From the IMG/VR virus record IMGVR_UViG_3300030116_000231, positions 1-53,199 of that record: a stretch of 53,199 nt of DNA. One strand, written 5' to 3'. Below, in pieces: positions 37,186 through 46,436 of the stretch. Position 1 is the stretch's first letter, and every line of letters begins with the position of its first letter. Below the pieces are notes generated by a model. The model saw only the letters and a program-made list of their open reading frames with translations, was not told the DNA's origin and searched no databases. Source of the stretch: a virus (lineage: Duplodnaviria; Caudoviricetes). The position numbers and the translations under genes were made by a program.

Positions 37186-37551
37186 ATGACTAAGACTTTT
37201 GAAGGTAACTTTAATCTACAATTCAACAAGACTACTGAGCTTCTTGAACTCAAGCCTCATCCTGAGGGTAAGTACACTGCTGAGACAGCAGGTGAGTGTC
37301 TAGCTTCTGCTATGGCATTCTGTGATGCTAACCCTAATGCAGGCTTTAATCGTTGGGACTTTTATATCCCCAATGTCAACCAGACTATTGAGCGTGATAG
37401 TAAAGTTCTTCATGCTGACCATGTATCTGATGCTGTAAAGCGTGGTGATACACCTGTCGTTAGAGCAGGTAAATGGGGCAAGCCTAAGATGACTATTGCT
37501 GGCCCTGTAACACAGGTCAAGAAGGCTGACGATAACATTGTCACTCTTTAA
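37186..37551 (+). CDS. Early protein, paralog 2 (AGKWGKP...DNIVTL)
   Basis: GGAGGT RBS; paralog of 36028-36390. Confidence 0.85.
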   Translation: MTKTFEGNFNLQFNKTTELLELKPHPEGKYTAETAGECLASAMAFCDANPNAGFNRWDFYIPNVNQTIERDSKVLHADHVSDAVKRGDTPVVRAGKWGKPKMTIAGPVTQVKKADDNIVTL

Positions 37552-37560
37552 TCCACCCCT

Positions 37561-37599
37561 AAGGGAGCGTCATTCAATGGCGTTCCCTTTTCGTGTTTC
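37561..37599 (+). terminator. Probable intrinsic terminator
   Basis: AAGGGAGCGTCAT...ATGGCGTTCCCTT followed by TTCGTGTTTC. Confidence 0.65.
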
Positions 37600-37615
37600 T
37601 ATCAATGAGGTTGCT

Positions 37616-37774
37616 ATGCAAGAAGTTTATTTATCGCAGACTAAGTCAGGCATTCTAGGTTACTTTACAGGTAGCTTTCTAGTGTGGAACTTGACTCAGG
37701 AAGAATATGACATGCCATCGGATTGGCATATTGAGAACTGTCGTCGCAAGGGGTTTCTCTATGTCGTCCGTTGA
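37616..37774 (+). CDS. 52-aa hypothetical protein
   Basis: GAGGT RBS before ATG 37616. Confidence 0.6.
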   Translation: MQEVYLSQTKSGILGYFTGSFLVWNLTQEEYDMPSDWHIENCRRKGFLYVVR

Positions 37775-37973
37775 GTGTGTTCGTTGTAGTGGCGAGGTTC
37801 ATCCTCGTCGCTCAGCCCTCGGCTATGACACTTGTCTAGTCTGTGGGGATAAGATTGCACGAGAGCGAGTCTATACTGTCGCTCCGTTGCACAAGTCTAA
37901 CTATATGCTCTTCACTAATCCTGAGGATTTGAAGGGTGTCAATAACAAGGGAGGTATGTTCGATGAAAGGTGA
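37761..37973 (+). CDS. DksA/TraR-type C4 zinc-finger protein
   Basis: CVRC-x5-PRR-x7-CLVC. Confidence 0.65.
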   Translation: MSSVECVRCSGEVHPRRSALGYDTCLVCGDKIARERVYTVAPLHKSNYMLFTNPEDLKGVNNKGGMFDER

Positions 37974-38064
37974 CATGTTCTGGTGGGTTTTACTGTCCGC
38001 ACTAGCGGCAGGTATTCTCGCCTTTATCGACGGTTACTTCGAGCTTGGTCTCTATGCTTTCTAG
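37963..38064 (+). CDS. 33-aa membrane peptide (MKGDMFWWVLLSALAAGILAFIDG...), not in the ORF track
   Basis: GGAGGT upstream; fills the gap; single TM. Confidence 0.55.
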   Translation: MKGDMFWWVLLSALAAGILAFIDGYFELGLYAF

Positions 38065-38236
38065 GAGTGTAGAGATTATCGGAGGGCTACTGCTCTGCGT
38101 AGCGGTAGGTTTTCTTATCGCCTTCATAGCCATCAATCTAATTCTTGGCTGTGAAACATGGGATGAGTCGTTGTGGACTGAGACGAACTCATGCTTAACA
38201 CTAACGCAAATCATGGAGGTAATAACACATGACTAA
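38054..38236 (+). CDS. Small membrane protein
   Basis: One TM helix followed by GCETW...C. Confidence 0.6.
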   Translation: MLSRSVEIIGGLLLCVAVGFLIAFIAINLILGCETWDESLWTETNSCLTLTQIMEVITHD

Positions 38237-38417
38237 GTCCGCACTGAAACTCTTTGTACTTCGGTACATCAAGGGTGGAGCAATCGTTAATGGAGATGAT
38301 GGCAAGCCGTTATTCTTCAGTAACAAAGGTGCTGCTAAAGCACAACGAACTAAGGACATGAAAGTGTCCTATGGCCCTGACCATAATAAGTTCCAAGCAT
38401 ATAAGGAGGTACTATAA
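38229..38417 (+). CDS. 62-aa basic hypothetical protein
   Basis: GGAGGT RBS. Confidence 0.65.
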   Translation: MTKSALKLFVLRYIKGGAIVNGDDGKPLFFSNKGAAKAQRTKDMKVSYGPDHNKFQAYKEVL

Positions 38418-39413
38418 ATGCGAGCCGAACTACTAAAACAAACTATCAAGGATTTATTTCCTATGAAACGTCCGCTGTCTATCGTCGGTGCTCCTGGCGG
38501 TGGTAAGACAACCATTGTGAGAACAGCTGCTCAGGAGATGGGCATTGGCTACATCGAGAAGCACATGCCAACGATGCTAGTCGAGGACTTCGGTATCCCT
38601 GACGTTGCCACTGATGGTGAGTCATTCGGATACAAGCTACCTGATTGGTATCCTGCTGTTGGTCGTGATGACATCCCTGAAGAGGGTATACTCTGCTTCG
38701 ATGATCGTAACCAAGCAGGTGATGACTTGCAGAAAGTGCTTGCCAATATTCAGCAAGCTAGAACACTGCATGGTGTCAAACTCAAGGCAGGTTGGACTGT
38801 CGTCTCTACTGGCAACAGGAAAGAGGACAGAGCAGGTGCTCAGAAGATACTTACTCACCTCGCTAACCGCGAGACTGTCATCGAACTAGACACACACCTT
38901 GACGACTCTCGTCGATGGATGATTGACAATGAGGTCAAGCCAGAGGTGGTGTCATTCATTGGCTTTCGTCCTGCACTACTGCATGACTTCGATGCTCAGC
39001 GTGAACAGAATCCTACACCACGCTCTTGGGTCGAGGGTGTCAGTGCAATACTTGGCACTGTCAGTCCTGAGGCTGAGTTCGAATGTTTCAAGGGTGCTGT
39101 AGGTGAAGGTGCAGCGGCAGAGTTTGTTGGCTTTATACGGATCTATCGTAAGCTACCTAACCCTGACAACATCATCATGAATCCTAAGACTGCTGATGTT
39201 CCGACTGACCCTGCTACTTGCTACGCATTGTGTGGCTCTCTTGCAGAACGAGCAACTGAGAACAACTTCGAACGTGTTTGTACTTATGCGGAACGTATGG
39301 AGCCAGAGTTCTCTGTACTAACCGTATCATATGCGGCTCGTAAGAAGCCTGAGCTAGCCTCGACGCAAGCGTTTACTAACTGGGCTGTTAACCATCAAGA
39401 TGTGCTATTCTAG
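38418..39413 (+). CDS. MoxR/AAA_5-like AAA+ ATPase
   Basis: GAPGGGKT, LCFDD, TGNR..DRAG, LANR, TPRSW motifs. Confidence 0.85.
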   Translation: MRAELLKQTIKDLFPMKRPLSIVGAPGGGKTTIVRTAAQEMGIGYIEKHMPTMLVEDFGIPDVATDGESFGYKLPDWYPAVGRDDIPEEGILCFDDRNQAGDDLQKVLANIQQARTLHGVKLKAGWTVVSTGNRKEDRAGAQKILTHLANRETVIELDTHLDDSRRWMIDNEVKPEVVSFIGFRPALLHDFDAQREQNPTPRSWVEGVSAILGTVSPEAEFECFKGAVGEGAAAEFVGFIRIYRKLPNPDNIIMNPKTADVPTDPATCYALCGSLAERATENNFERVCTYAERMEPEFSVLTVSYAARKKPELASTQAFTNWAVNHQDVLF

Positions 39414-39427
39414 AAACGGAGGTAACT

Positions 39428-40288
39428 ATGAAACTATCAGATAAAGCACTACTCGTTCGATTGGGTATATCCCAATGGACTGCTCGTAAGTTTGACAAGA
39501 AGGCTACCGAACAGGTAGCCTCAGCCAATAATGCGGCTGTACAATCAGGCAGATACAATAAGTCTCTGCTTCCGATGAATGACTTTCTGACTAGTGTACA
39601 CCAGAAGTCTACGCTCATCCGCAAGAAGTACTATACAAACACTCTACCGTGGGGCATTGACGGTACGCAAATCTTGCCTAGTGCAAACTATCTGTCCTTT
39701 ATGACTGACTTCCGCAAGGAGAAGTATGAATGGCAGATGGTAGTTAACTCGTTCTTGTCAGAGTATATGCGGCTCAAGACCCATGCTCGTGTATCTCTCA
39801 ACACGTTGTACAACGAGGCAGACTATCCATCGCAAGATGAAGTTGCATCTAAGTTCAATATGGATTTGCAAGTTATGCCAGTACCCGATGGTGATTTCAG
39901 AGTTGACATTGCAGAGGAGGAGCTTGCTCGTATCACTGCTGACGTTGAGCGTAGGGTTATCGACGCATCGCAGAACGCCATGAAGGAAGCATGGACTAGA
40001 CTGCATGACCGAGTGAAGCACATGGCTGAGAAGCTAGATGACCCCAAAGCTGTATTCCGTGACACTCTTGTCGAGAATACTAGGGAGATATGTTCTGTCC
40101 TTACTAGGCTGAACTTCACCGATGACCCCAACCTTGAGGCTATGCGTCAAGAGGTTGAGCAATCACTAACCAAGCATCATCCTGATGCATTACGCAATGA
40201 CCCTGACCTACGTCGTGATAAAGCCGCAGAAGCTAAGGCTATCATGGCTAAGATGGGCGCATTTATGGGAGCTAACAATGGAGATTAG
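39428..40288 (+). CDS. DUF3150-like helical protein
   Basis: TLPW...ADYP...LNFTDDPNLE motifs; lies between the AAA and vWA genes. Confidence 0.6.
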   Translation: MKLSDKALLVRLGISQWTARKFDKKATEQVASANNAAVQSGRYNKSLLPMNDFLTSVHQKSTLIRKKYYTNTLPWGIDGTQILPSANYLSFMTDFRKEKYEWQMVVNSFLSEYMRLKTHARVSLNTLYNEADYPSQDEVASKFNMDLQVMPVPDGDFRVDIAEEELARITADVERRVIDASQNAMKEAWTRLHDRVKHMAEKLDDPKAVFRDTLVENTREICSVLTRLNFTDDPNLEAMRQEVEQSLTKHHPDALRNDPDLRRDKAAEAKAIMAKMGAFMGANNGD

Positions 40289-41378
40289 TAGAAGACTGAG
40301 CAAGTGTAAGACTGCTCTTGTGCTTGAGCATCCGTTCATTGGCAATGTTGCTATGAACATGCCGTTCAAGCTGACTGAGGATGTACCGACTGCCGCCACT
40401 AACGGCAAGCAAGTCGTGTTTAATCCTAACTTTTGTGATGAGTTGAATGATGAGGAGCTAAAGTTCCTCATCGCTCATGAGTGTATGCATCCTATGATGG
40501 AGCATAACTTCCGCAGACAGAGTCGTGAACCACGCAAGTGGAATCAAGCCGCAGACTATGTCATCAACAAGCTGTTGTCAGATGAGGGCATCGGTAAGAT
40601 GCCTGACTGTGGCCTGTTGAGTGACGACATCTATGATGCAGGTGGCGGTACTAGTGATGGTATCTACAAGATTCTACCAGACACACCAGAGGGTACAGAT
40701 GACCCACTTGATGACTGTCAAGATGGCGAGGGTTCACCTGCTGAACTAGAACAGCAAGCGGCAGAATGGAAAGTCAAGGTTGCTCAAGCGGCTCAAGCCG
40801 CCAAGATGATGGGCAAGATGAGTGCAGGACTAGAGCGTCTGGTCGATGAGATACTGCAACCCAAAGTAAACTGGGCTGAAGTGATGACTAACTTTCTCGT
40901 CAAGAAGCGTACCAATGACCGCACCTTTTCAAGACCTAATCGTAGGTTCATACAGCAAGGATTGTATCTGCCTAGTATAACTGGCGAAGCACTAGGTGAG
41001 GTAGCCTTCTGTGTCGATTGCTCTGGCTCTATTGGGCAAGAGGAACTCAACCAGTATGCGGCAGAGATAATCAAAGTCCATGAGGATCTGCATCCTGAGA
41101 AGATACATGTTCTCTACTTTGACTCTGAGGTATCACACTATGACATGTATGAGCAGAACGAATCACCTGTAATCCAACCACATGGAGGTGGTGGTACTGC
41201 GTTCAGTCCTTGCTTTCGATACATGCAAGAGCATGACATCAACCCTGTTGCTTGTGTGTTCCTGACTGACCTGTACTGCGACGACTTTGGTGATACACCA
41301 GACTATCCTGTACTGTGGATTTCAACCACTGATGAAGACCAAGTGCCGTTTGGCGAAGTAGTAAAGATGGAGGTATAA
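40278..41378 (+). CDS. HExxH metallopeptidase plus vWA (DUF2201-like)
   Basis: TAATNG, AHECMH, WNQAADYVIN; MIDAS DCSGS, GGGGT, LTDLY. Confidence 0.85.
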   Translation: MEISRRLSKCKTALVLEHPFIGNVAMNMPFKLTEDVPTAATNGKQVVFNPNFCDELNDEELKFLIAHECMHPMMEHNFRRQSREPRKWNQAADYVINKLLSDEGIGKMPDCGLLSDDIYDAGGGTSDGIYKILPDTPEGTDDPLDDCQDGEGSPAELEQQAAEWKVKVAQAAQAAKMMGKMSAGLERLVDEILQPKVNWAEVMTNFLVKKRTNDRTFSRPNRRFIQQGLYLPSITGEALGEVAFCVDCSGSIGQEELNQYAAEIIKVHEDLHPEKIHVLYFDSEVSHYDMYEQNESPVIQPHGGGGTAFSPCFRYMQEHDINPVACVFLTDLYCDDFGDTPDYPVLWISTTDEDQVPFGEVVKMEV

Positions 41379-41382
41379 TACT

Positions 41383-42060
41383 ATGGCTACTGTAAGATTT
41401 TCCGATTCACTATGTGAAGACATCCGTAAGAACGCGAGGGCTATGTTTACCAAAGCCATTGACGAGGCTAAGGCGGATGTACCTGCACACTGGGCTGATA
41501 AAATGTATCAGTCCTTTTTCCCTTCCGATGTTATCTCTAAGTTCAATGCGTTGCCTGACTATGCAATGAAGACAGAGTCAGTACTAGCATTTGGTGGGTT
41601 CTTCAATGCACCAGAGGATGTATTTCAGACCGCTGAGTTTTCTAGTAAAGCCTATGAGTGCGACGATATACAGCTAGAGTTTAGCAAGCCTATGCGTTGG
41701 CCTTTCAACTTCAATGCAGAAGTGACAGGTTACAAATCAGAGTGGCGGTCTAACAAGGCTGACTTTACTGACAGCCGTTGGGATTGGCTCAAGCCTGAGT
41801 TCAAAGAGTATGTTCGTAAGATATTCGAAGTGGAAGCTAAGCAAGCGAAGTTTCTAGAGGGTATCAACACACTCATGAAAACATATTCTACGTTGGCTCC
41901 TGCACTGAAGGCTTTCCCTGCACTGTGGGACTTGGTTCCTGACGAAGCTAAGGAACGTCACAAGAAGATAGTAGAGCGCAAGAAAGCTGAGGTAGATGTC
42001 GATAGCATGGACATCAAGGGCATGACTGCGGCAGTAACATTTTCCAAACTAACACGATAA
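41383..42060 (+). CDS. Hypothetical protein, Nmad5-like C-terminus
   Basis: STLAPALKAFPALWDLVP pattern. Confidence 0.5.
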   Translation: MATVRFSDSLCEDIRKNARAMFTKAIDEAKADVPAHWADKMYQSFFPSDVISKFNALPDYAMKTESVLAFGGFFNAPEDVFQTAEFSSKAYECDDIQLEFSKPMRWPFNFNAEVTGYKSEWRSNKADFTDSRWDWLKPEFKEYVRKIFEVEAKQAKFLEGINTLMKTYSTLAPALKAFPALWDLVPDEAKERHKKIVERKKAEVDVDSMDIKGMTAAVTFSKLTR

Positions 42061-42070
42061 GGAGGTACAT

Positions 42071-42994
42071 ATGAGTAGTTGGTTAGAGATAACACCTAAA
42101 GGTGTAGACAGCTATGAGAAAGCCGAGAGGCTATGGTCAAGGGTGCGTAGCCCACATAAGGGCAAGCCTATCACTGGTTGGTTGCGTATGTTCAAGGAGG
42201 GTAACGGCACATTTGTATTCAAGTTGCAGAGTTACTCTGATACGCCAGACCTATGTCGGCTGACGCCTGACAACAAGTTGACGTTCGTTGCCGAGGAAAG
42301 CACCTTCAGATCTCATTCCCAAACGCTAGTGTCGTCACTACACAGGTGGCTACCACTTACTACTGTGCGCCATAAAACAGGTCTCTATCGCATTGCAGGT
42401 ACAGACATCATTCAGAAGAAGATGCAAAAGCTGTACGAAGCTAGTGAAAAAGGTATGGCTCCAGAGGGTTCGTCAGTACACTATTGGGAGATGTATCAAC
42501 ACTACATGCCAGTGATGCGAGCAGAAGCATACTACTTCCAAGGCATCGAGTTCGATATGATAAGCGGTGAGTGTCTCAATCCACAGCCAGATGTAAGACT
42601 AGTCGAGATACCAGAGGAACGTAAGAAGTGGCGCAGAGCATTGGGTGCTTTCAAGAAAGGTATCAAAGCTCGTGTCAGAGTTCATGCTTTCGATGGTATC
42701 ATTGACCAGATGTGGGAAGAACGTCAGGCACAGAAGAACCGATGGGATTGGCAACAACCACAGTGGGATTCAAACCAGTGGCTAGACTTACTCGAAAGAT
42801 GCATACGTCAGAACGAGTTCCCACCTGAGTTACTCAAAGGTCTAGCACAGACTACGACAGATGGTTACTACATGAGCCGTAAACCTGAAGGTAGTCATAT
42901 ACTCAAAGCACTAGAGCATGTATGTAATGGGCAGAGTATTGCACTGCGTAGGAGATTCGGTGTGTTTGAGGACGAACTGCAACCAGTTTCATAG
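42071..42994 (+). CDS. Hypothetical protein (307 aa)
   Basis: AAGGAGGT RBS; long ORF. Confidence 0.75.
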   Translation: MSSWLEITPKGVDSYEKAERLWSRVRSPHKGKPITGWLRMFKEGNGTFVFKLQSYSDTPDLCRLTPDNKLTFVAEESTFRSHSQTLVSSLHRWLPLTTVRHKTGLYRIAGTDIIQKKMQKLYEASEKGMAPEGSSVHYWEMYQHYMPVMRAEAYYFQGIEFDMISGECLNPQPDVRLVEIPEERKKWRRALGAFKKGIKARVRVHAFDGIIDQMWEERQAQKNRWDWQQPQWDSNQWLDLLERCIRQNEFPPELLKGLAQTTTDGYYMSRKPEGSHILKALEHVCNGQSIALRRRFGVFEDELQPVS

Positions 42995-43002
42995 AGGAGT
43001 GA

Positions 43003-43212
43003 ATGGAGCTAACCAAAGCAACACATCCAGAGTGTCCTGCTTGTGGTAAAATCACAAGGCATAACCATTGGGGTAGAGGGCCGTTTAAATATCTTAGGTC
43101 TGTTAGTGTACGCCAGTGTGTGAATAAGGACTGTAAGAAATATAATAGTGTGTTGCTTTGGTATCCATTTAGAGGATGGTTACATTTCAATGTTGCTTGG
43201 AGAGAGAAATGA
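43003..43212 (+). CDS. Zn-finger protein (CPAC...CVNKDC)
   Basis: GAGGAG RBS; four Cys. Confidence 0.55.
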   Translation: MELTKATHPECPACGKITRHNHWGRGPFKYLRSVSVRQCVNKDCKKYNSVLLWYPFRGWLHFNVAWREK

Positions 43213-43448
43213 TTGAATACTTTACAGCACTTGTAATAGCATACAGTGTGCAAGATTATAATATCGAAACAGTTGCATGGTTTGAGAGTGAAAAACACTG
43301 CATGGAAGCTATGCAAAGTAGAAGTGTAGATAGTTTTTATAACTATCTTTATGATTTATATGGCAATGACATTTCAATGTGGTGCGATGTATCCACTACT
43401 AGAGCGAAAATAATAAAGCCAAAGAGTAGACCAGAGGTAATAGAATGA
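43209..43448 (+). CDS. Small hypothetical protein
   Basis: ATGA-coupled at both ends. Confidence 0.6.
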   Translation: MIEYFTALVIAYSVQDYNIETVAWFESEKHCMEAMQSRSVDSFYNYLYDLYGNDISMWCDVSTTRAKIIKPKSRPEVIE

Positions 43449-43936
43449 CAGTTGTAGTATGGGATGGAAAGACCTTAGCCACTGATAGACAGGCCAATGA
43501 TGGCTCTATGAAGTGGGAGGCAGAGAAGGCTTGGTATGTAACCCATAAAGAAAAGAAAGACATGAAGGGTTCGGAACTAGGATGGGTGTATGTGAACAGA
43601 CACTCTATCGTATCAGGCGTAGGAGTATTGGGCAGTATACTAAAAATGCGAGATTGGTTTGTAAGTGGTGCTGACCCCGCCGCGCTAGACGTACAGCCTA
43701 ACACAGCAGAACTTATTGTCGTGTCTAAAAAAGGTCTGTCCGTCTGGTCAACTAACGGAACATCCGTAGAGCTATCAGCACCTATGGCTTTCGGAGAAGG
43801 TAGAGAATATGCGCTTGGCGCAATGGCAATGGGAGCGACAGCCTCTGAAGCTGTGCAAATTGCTAACGAATATTCTTTACATTGTGGTAAAGGTGTATCA
43901 TGTTATACCTTACAAGGGAGTAAGGTTGTAGTATAG
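43445..43936 (+). CDS. HslV/proteasome-beta-like Ntn hydrolase
   Basis: M-TVVVWDGKTLATD N-terminus; AFGEGREYALGAMAMGATASEAVQIA. Confidence 0.7.
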   Translation: MTVVVWDGKTLATDRQANDGSMKWEAEKAWYVTHKEKKDMKGSELGWVYVNRHSIVSGVGVLGSILKMRDWFVSGADPAALDVQPNTAELIVVSKKGLSVWSTNGTSVELSAPMAFGEGREYALGAMAMGATASEAVQIANEYSLHCGKGVSCYTLQGSKVVV

Positions 43937-43945
43937 GAGGAAGTA

Positions 43946-44506
43946 ATGGCTAGACGTAAGAAGTCTAAGAAGGAAAAGGTATGGGCTTACCTGTTGAAGA
44001 ACAAATTAGCCACAGCTAAGGAAGTAGCTAAAGCTACAGGTGTTTCGTATACCTATGTTAATAAACTAATGAACAGCATAGGCACACCAAAGGAAATATT
44101 CCAACAAGAGGAAGAAGAGTTCTCAATAGATGAGATGCTTGAACCTAATCAGGGCGAAGGATTTCCTAAACCTATGGGTAGGGCTGAGATCCTACAGGAG
44201 GCAACACGCCTGACAACAGATGCTCGTGAGAAAACACACGGCACTATGGCCGATAACCTCGGCTGTATTGCTGACTTGTGGAACGCATACCTCAAGGGTA
44301 GATGGCACAACCTAACTGGCAGTGATGTTGCCCTGATGATGACACTAGTCAAAGTGTCTCGTGCTAAAAACAATCCATGTCATGCAGACAACTGGGTCGA
44401 TGGCGCAGGTTATATGGCTTGCGGTGGAGAGATTGGTACAGAGAATGTTGAGTTCGCAGACCTGACCAATGAAAAGATACCACTGGCAGAAGGTCAGGGT
44501 CTGTAA
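43946..44506 (+). CDS. HTH plus DUF6378-like protein
   Basis: AKEVAKATGVSYTYV; IADLWNAYL...DNWVDGAGY. Confidence 0.7.
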   Translation: MARRKKSKKEKVWAYLLKNKLATAKEVAKATGVSYTYVNKLMNSIGTPKEIFQQEEEEFSIDEMLEPNQGEGFPKPMGRAEILQEATRLTTDAREKTHGTMADNLGCIADLWNAYLKGRWHNLTGSDVALMMTLVKVSRAKNNPCHADNWVDGAGYMACGGEIGTENVEFADLTNEKIPLAEGQGL

Positions 44507-44507
44507 C

Positions 44508-46382
44508 ATGGACATCGTCACCATTGATTTTGAAACCTATTACGATAGGGAGTATTCGTTGTCGAAGATGACAACGGAAGCCTATGTTCGTGACCCTCGC
44601 TTTGAGGTGATAGGTGTATGCGTCAAGGTGAACGACTTCCCTACTGATTGGTACAGCGGTGATAATGTGGGCAAGTTTCTCAACTCGTTAGACTATTCTG
44701 ACAAGGCGATACTTGCTCACAACACTGCGTTTGATGGGGCTATCTTGTCATGGCACTATGGAATCAAGCCTAAGTTCTGGCTCGACACCATGTCTATGGC
44801 AAGACCCCTGCACAACGCTACAGTAGGCGGCTCATTGAAAGCACTAGCTTCTCATTACAAACTAGGTGAGAAGGGCGATGAGGTGTTTAATAATCTGGGC
44901 CGTCACAGGAAGGACTTCACACCAGAACAACTTGACAGGTATGCTGCGTACTGCATCAAGGACGTAGACCTGACGTATCAACTATTCCAAAAACTAAAGG
45001 TGGGCTTTCCTGTGTCTGAGCTAATGGTCATTGACCAGACGCTACGGATGTATACCCAACCTGTTATACAACTTGACACGGATGTGCTTGCACAGCACTT
45101 GGAGAAGGTAAAGGCAGACAAGCGAAAGCTGATTGAGGACTTGTCACTCAAAGGATTGAGTGAGGACAAGGTAAAGAAAGCCCTTATGTCCAACCAGATA
45201 TTCGCCAAGCTACTGACTACAGTAGGCGTTGAACCCCCCATGAAAACAAGTCTACGCACAGGTAAAGAAACATATGCCTTTGCTAAGACAGACAAGGAGT
45301 TCACTGCTTTACTTGACCATCCAGACCCACGAGTTCAGAACCTAGTGGCGGCAAGGCTTGGTACTAAATCCACCATTGAAGAGACACGCACTGAGAACCT
45401 GATGAAGGTGGCTGAGCGTGGCGCATTACCTATCATGCTTAATTATTATGGCGCACATACAGGTAGGTTTAGCGGTGGAGATAAACTTAACTTACAGAAC
45501 CTACCACGCAACGGAGCAATACGAAGCGCACTGACTGCACCCATAGGAGAGATACTAGTAGCATGTGATTCGTCACAGATAGAAGCTCGTATGGTTGCTT
45601 ACATCGCAGGTCAACATGATCTAGTGCAAGCCTTTAGAGAAGGGCGTGATGTGTACAGTGAGTTCGCATCTGAGGTCTATGGTAAGAAGGTAACTAAGGC
45701 TGACAAGATTGAGCGGTTCGTTGGCAAGACCTGTATACTTGGGTTAGGTTATGGTATGGGGCATGTTAAGTTCCGTAACACGCTTGCGCTTGGGCAGGGA
45801 GGAATCTCTGTTGATATAGATGAGAACGAAGCACAGCGTATCGTAAGACTATACCGACAGAAGAACCACAAGATTGTATCCCTATGGAATAAATGCGGTC
45901 ATGCCCTGACGACTATGGTCGCAGGAGGAAGCGGTAACATTACAGACCTACTGCCCTTTGACAGCAACGGCATCATCCTACCGAGTGGCTTACGCATACA
46001 ATATAATGCGCTACGCCAGACACCAGATGGCTTTGAGTATATCGCAGACGCACGAACCTATAAGAAACTAGTGAAAGCTAGAGTGACTACAGGCGAGGAG
46101 ATAACGATAGACTGGACGCGTATCTACGGTGGGAAGGTAACAGAGAACGTAGTCCAAGCACTAGCTAGGATTGTGGTCGCAGAACAAATGGCATCTATCG
46201 GACAGTCATACCACGTTGCATTTCAGGTACATGATGAGATCATTATCAGCTGCCTGGAAGAAGAGAAGACACACGCACAGGAACTTGTTGAGAGGAGAAT
46301 GTCTACTCCTCCCCGCTGGGCACAGGATTTACCTGTTGCTTGCGAGTCAGGCGTAGGTTATAACTATGGTGATGCTAAGTAA
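44508..46382 (+). CDS. polA: Family A DNA polymerase with 3'-5' exonuclease
   Basis: DFET, HNTAFD, YCIKD exo motifs; TGRFSG, NLQNLP, DSSQIEAR, KTCILGLGYG, VHDE. Confidence 0.95.
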   Translation: MDIVTIDFETYYDREYSLSKMTTEAYVRDPRFEVIGVCVKVNDFPTDWYSGDNVGKFLNSLDYSDKAILAHNTAFDGAILSWHYGIKPKFWLDTMSMARPLHNATVGGSLKALASHYKLGEKGDEVFNNLGRHRKDFTPEQLDRYAAYCIKDVDLTYQLFQKLKVGFPVSELMVIDQTLRMYTQPVIQLDTDVLAQHLEKVKADKRKLIEDLSLKGLSEDKVKKALMSNQIFAKLLTTVGVEPPMKTSLRTGKETYAFAKTDKEFTALLDHPDPRVQNLVAARLGTKSTIEETRTENLMKVAERGALPIMLNYYGAHTGRFSGGDKLNLQNLPRNGAIRSALTAPIGEILVACDSSQIEARMVAYIAGQHDLVQAFREGRDVYSEFASEVYGKKVTKADKIERFVGKTCILGLGYGMGHVKFRNTLALGQGGISVDIDENEAQRIVRLYRQKNHKIVSLWNKCGHALTTMVAGGSGNITDLLPFDSNGIILPSGLRIQYNALRQTPDGFEYIADARTYKKLVKARVTTGEEITIDWTRIYGGKVTENVVQALARIVVAEQMASIGQSYHVAFQVHDEIIISCLEEEKTHAQELVERRMSTPPRWAQDLPVACESGVGYNYGDAK

Positions 46383-46387
46383 ACTTT

Positions 46388-46417
46388 ACCGTGGGTGGCG
46401 AATACCGCCTTCACGGT
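46388..46417 (+). other. Intergenic stem-loop between pol and the nuclease gene (possible processing site)
   Basis: ACCGTG..GGCG-AATAC-CGCC..CACGGT; no U-tract. Confidence 0.5.
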
Positions 46418-46436
46418 GCAACCCTATGGAGTTTTG

